48,548 nt of DNA from Bacilli bacterium (GTDB taxonomy: Bacteria > Bacillota_I > Bacilli_A > RF39 > UBA660): positions 1 to 48,548 of the forward strand of contig JAFWNS010000016.1 of assembly GCA_017510225.1 (NCBI GenBank), given 5' to 3'. A program made the position numbers and the translations under genes. This document shows, piece after piece, positions 46,906 through 48,548 of this stretch; the first letter of the stretch is position 1; each line of letters starts with the position of its first letter. The notes under the pieces are model-generated. The model was not told the origin of the DNA, did not search any database, and saw nothing but the letters and a program-made list of their open reading frames with translations.

Positions 46906-47763
46906 TTACTTAGTATTAAAATTCTTCCATGTCTTTAACATATCTTTATCTCTTTCATATATTCCAAGTAATTTATCTTTATATTTAAATATTACTTTAT
47001 CTTTTATTTTATATTTATTATTTATTTTTACTCCATTAGATATTTTTTTATATAAATTATCTTCTATTTCTATTACAGGATAATCTAGGGCTTCATCTAT
47101 AGAATATAATTTATAATTATTATTTCTTATATCATCTAAAGTATATGAATTTTCTATATTAAACTTACCTAATTTAGTTCTAATTAGTTTAGTCATAGTA
47201 GCATAAGTATTTAGACTTTCTCCAATATCATTAATTAAACTTCTAATATAACAACCTTTAGAAACTAAAGCTTTAAACATAAATTCATTTCTATCTGTAC
47301 TTAATAATTCTATTTCTTTAATAGTTACTTTCTTTTTTGGCAATTCTACTTCTTCATTATTTCTAGCATACTCATATAATTTTTTACCATTTACTTTTAC
47401 TGCTGAATAGATTGGTACTTCTTGCATATATGTTTTTTTATAACTAGAGATAATTTTATCTAATTTTAAATTATCTTTTACAGGTTTATTGTCTATTACT
47501 TTGCCTTCTATATCATAAGTATCAGTTTTAATACCTAGAATAGCACCAGCAATATATTCTTTATATTCTGCAGTTAATAATTCTGATATTTTAGTAGCAT
47601 TTCCTATAGTCACAACTAAAACACCTTCTGCAAGAGGATCTAATGTACCAGTATGACCAATCTTTTTAGTATTAAATATTTTGCATATTTCATTTACTAC
47701 ATCCCTAGATGTCATACCCTTTTTCTTATTAATAACTAGTACACCATTTATTTTTTCTTTCAT
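46906..47763 (-). CDS. truB: tRNA pseudouridine(55) synthase
   Basis: KIGHTGTLDPLAEGVL, TDTYD..G, P.YSAVKVNGKKLYEYAR, SKG.YIRSL. Confidence 0.97.
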   Translation of the reverse strand: MKEKINGVLVINKKKGMTSRDVVNEICKIFNTKKIGHTGTLDPLAEGVLVVTIGNATKISELLTAEYKEYIAGAILGIKTDTYDIEGKVIDNKPVKDNLKLDKIISSYKKTYMQEVPIYSAVKVNGKKLYEYARNNEEVELPKKKVTIKEIELLSTDRNEFMFKALVSKGCYIRSLINDIGESLNTYATMTKLIRTKLGKFNIENSYTLDDIRNNNYKLYSIDEALDYPVIEIEDNLYKKISNGVKINNKYKIKDKVIFKYKDKLLGIYERDKDMLKTWKNFNTK

Positions 47764-47764
47764 A

Positions 47765-47824
47765 TTATCTTATTCCTTTAGTAAGATTTTCTTCTTCTAA
47801 AAAATTATAATTATCTAAATCCAT
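47765..47824 (-). CDS. 19-aa upstream mini-ORF (MDLDNYNFLEEENLTKGIR)
   Basis: RBS GAGGTGG; stop lies 1 nt before the truB ATG. Confidence 0.4.
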   Translation of the reverse strand: MDLDNYNFLEEENLTKGIR

Positions 47825-47859
47825 GGTACCACCTCATCTGTTTTAATTATATCATAATA

Positions 47860-47894
47860 AAAGTAGCGGACAATTAATTTTGTCTACTACTTTA
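47860..47894 (-). terminator. Terminator after polC
   Basis: AAAAGTAG.GGACAA...TTGTCTACTACTTTT imperfect inverted repeat. Confidence 0.6.
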
Positions 47895-47896
47895 CA

Positions 47897-48548
47897 CTAA
47901 AATAGTGATAATTGATTAGAGTCTGGTAAATCTTTTAATATATCCATCTCTTTCATTTTTTCTATTAGTGTTTGAGATATTTTAGCACGATGTTGGATAT
48001 CTTCTATACTAATAAATGGTTTCTTTTTTCTTTCTCTTACTATATTATGAGCAACTGTATCACCTAATCCATCTATAGAATTAAATGGTGGATATATCTC
48101 ATTATCATTTTTAACTACCCAGTCAGTTGCTTCACTATTGTATAGGTCTACATTTAAGAATTTAATTCCACGAGCAGTAGCTTCCAATCCTATTCTTAAA
48201 CTTTCTAATTGATTCATCTCTTTATTAGAAGCTTCATAACCCTTTTCTTCTATTTCTTCTATTTTTTTCTTTATAGAGTCATATCCCTTAATCATAGAAT
48301 CTATTTCTACATCTACTGCTTTTGATGAATACCAAGAACTATAGAAATATACTGGCATATGTACTTTATACCAAGCTATTCTAAAAGCTGAGATAACATA
48401 AGCTGCAGCATGAGCTTTAGGGAACATGTATTTAATCTTTTGACAAGATTTTATAAACCATTTAGGTATGTTTCCTTCTTCCATTATCTTGACATATTTT
48501 TTCCATACATCTGGATCTTTAGATGCTCTACCTTTACGTACAAACTCC
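47897..48548 (-). CDS. polC: DNA polymerase III PolC, C-terminal part (runs off the right edge)
   Basis: VRKG, SC.KIKYMFPKAHAAAYV..A.RIAWYKVH.P, LPDSNQLSLF. Confidence 0.97.
   Translation of the reverse strand, partial: EFVRKGRASKDPDVWKKYVKIMEEGNIPKWFIKSCQKIKYMFPKAHAAAYVISAFRIAWYKVHMPVYFYSSWYSSKAVDVEIDSMIKGYDSIKKKIEEIEEKGYEASNKEMNQLESLRIGLEATARGIKFLNVDLYNSEATDWVVKNDNEIYPPFNSIDGLGDTVAHNIVRERKKKPFISIEDIQHRAKISQTLIEKMKEMDILKDLPDSNQLSLF

Overview
Very AT-rich chromosomal segment of a Gram-positive bacterium. Gene content (polC, dnaI, Thr T-box-thrS lacking the TGS domain, ~980-aa SMC, mraZ-rsmH-ftsL-pbp, comEA/comEC, sporulation genes) points to a reduced-genome, apparently spore-forming member of the Bacilli; an RF39-like gut lineage is an inference. 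Most genes are on the minus strand and are housekeeping (trxB, gpx, MYG1, P-type ATPase, ftsW-like, def, smc, pnp, rpsO, truB, polC). No rRNA, tRNA, CRISPR array, integrase or transposase was seen. Highlights: (1) a tandemly duplicated cassette at 8.0-13.5 kb pairing a small acidic DUF1292 protein with a large orphan coiled-coil protein; three orphans there share a C-terminal E-[LM]-x-x-M-[LF] plus acidic-tail motif, suggesting a chaperone/substrate module of an unknown export system; (2) an unannotated type I toxin-antitoxin-like locus at 85-397; (3) a TPR protein with a C-terminal toxin-RNase-like domain; (4) a 61-aa Thr-Thr-Thr ORF between the Thr T-box and thrS; (5) comEA with an apparent ATT start; (6) a SleC-like germination hydrolase split from its pro-region; plus a membrane-anchored serpin and a 28-aa repeat protein. 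All family calls come from motif recognition by eye, not database searches.
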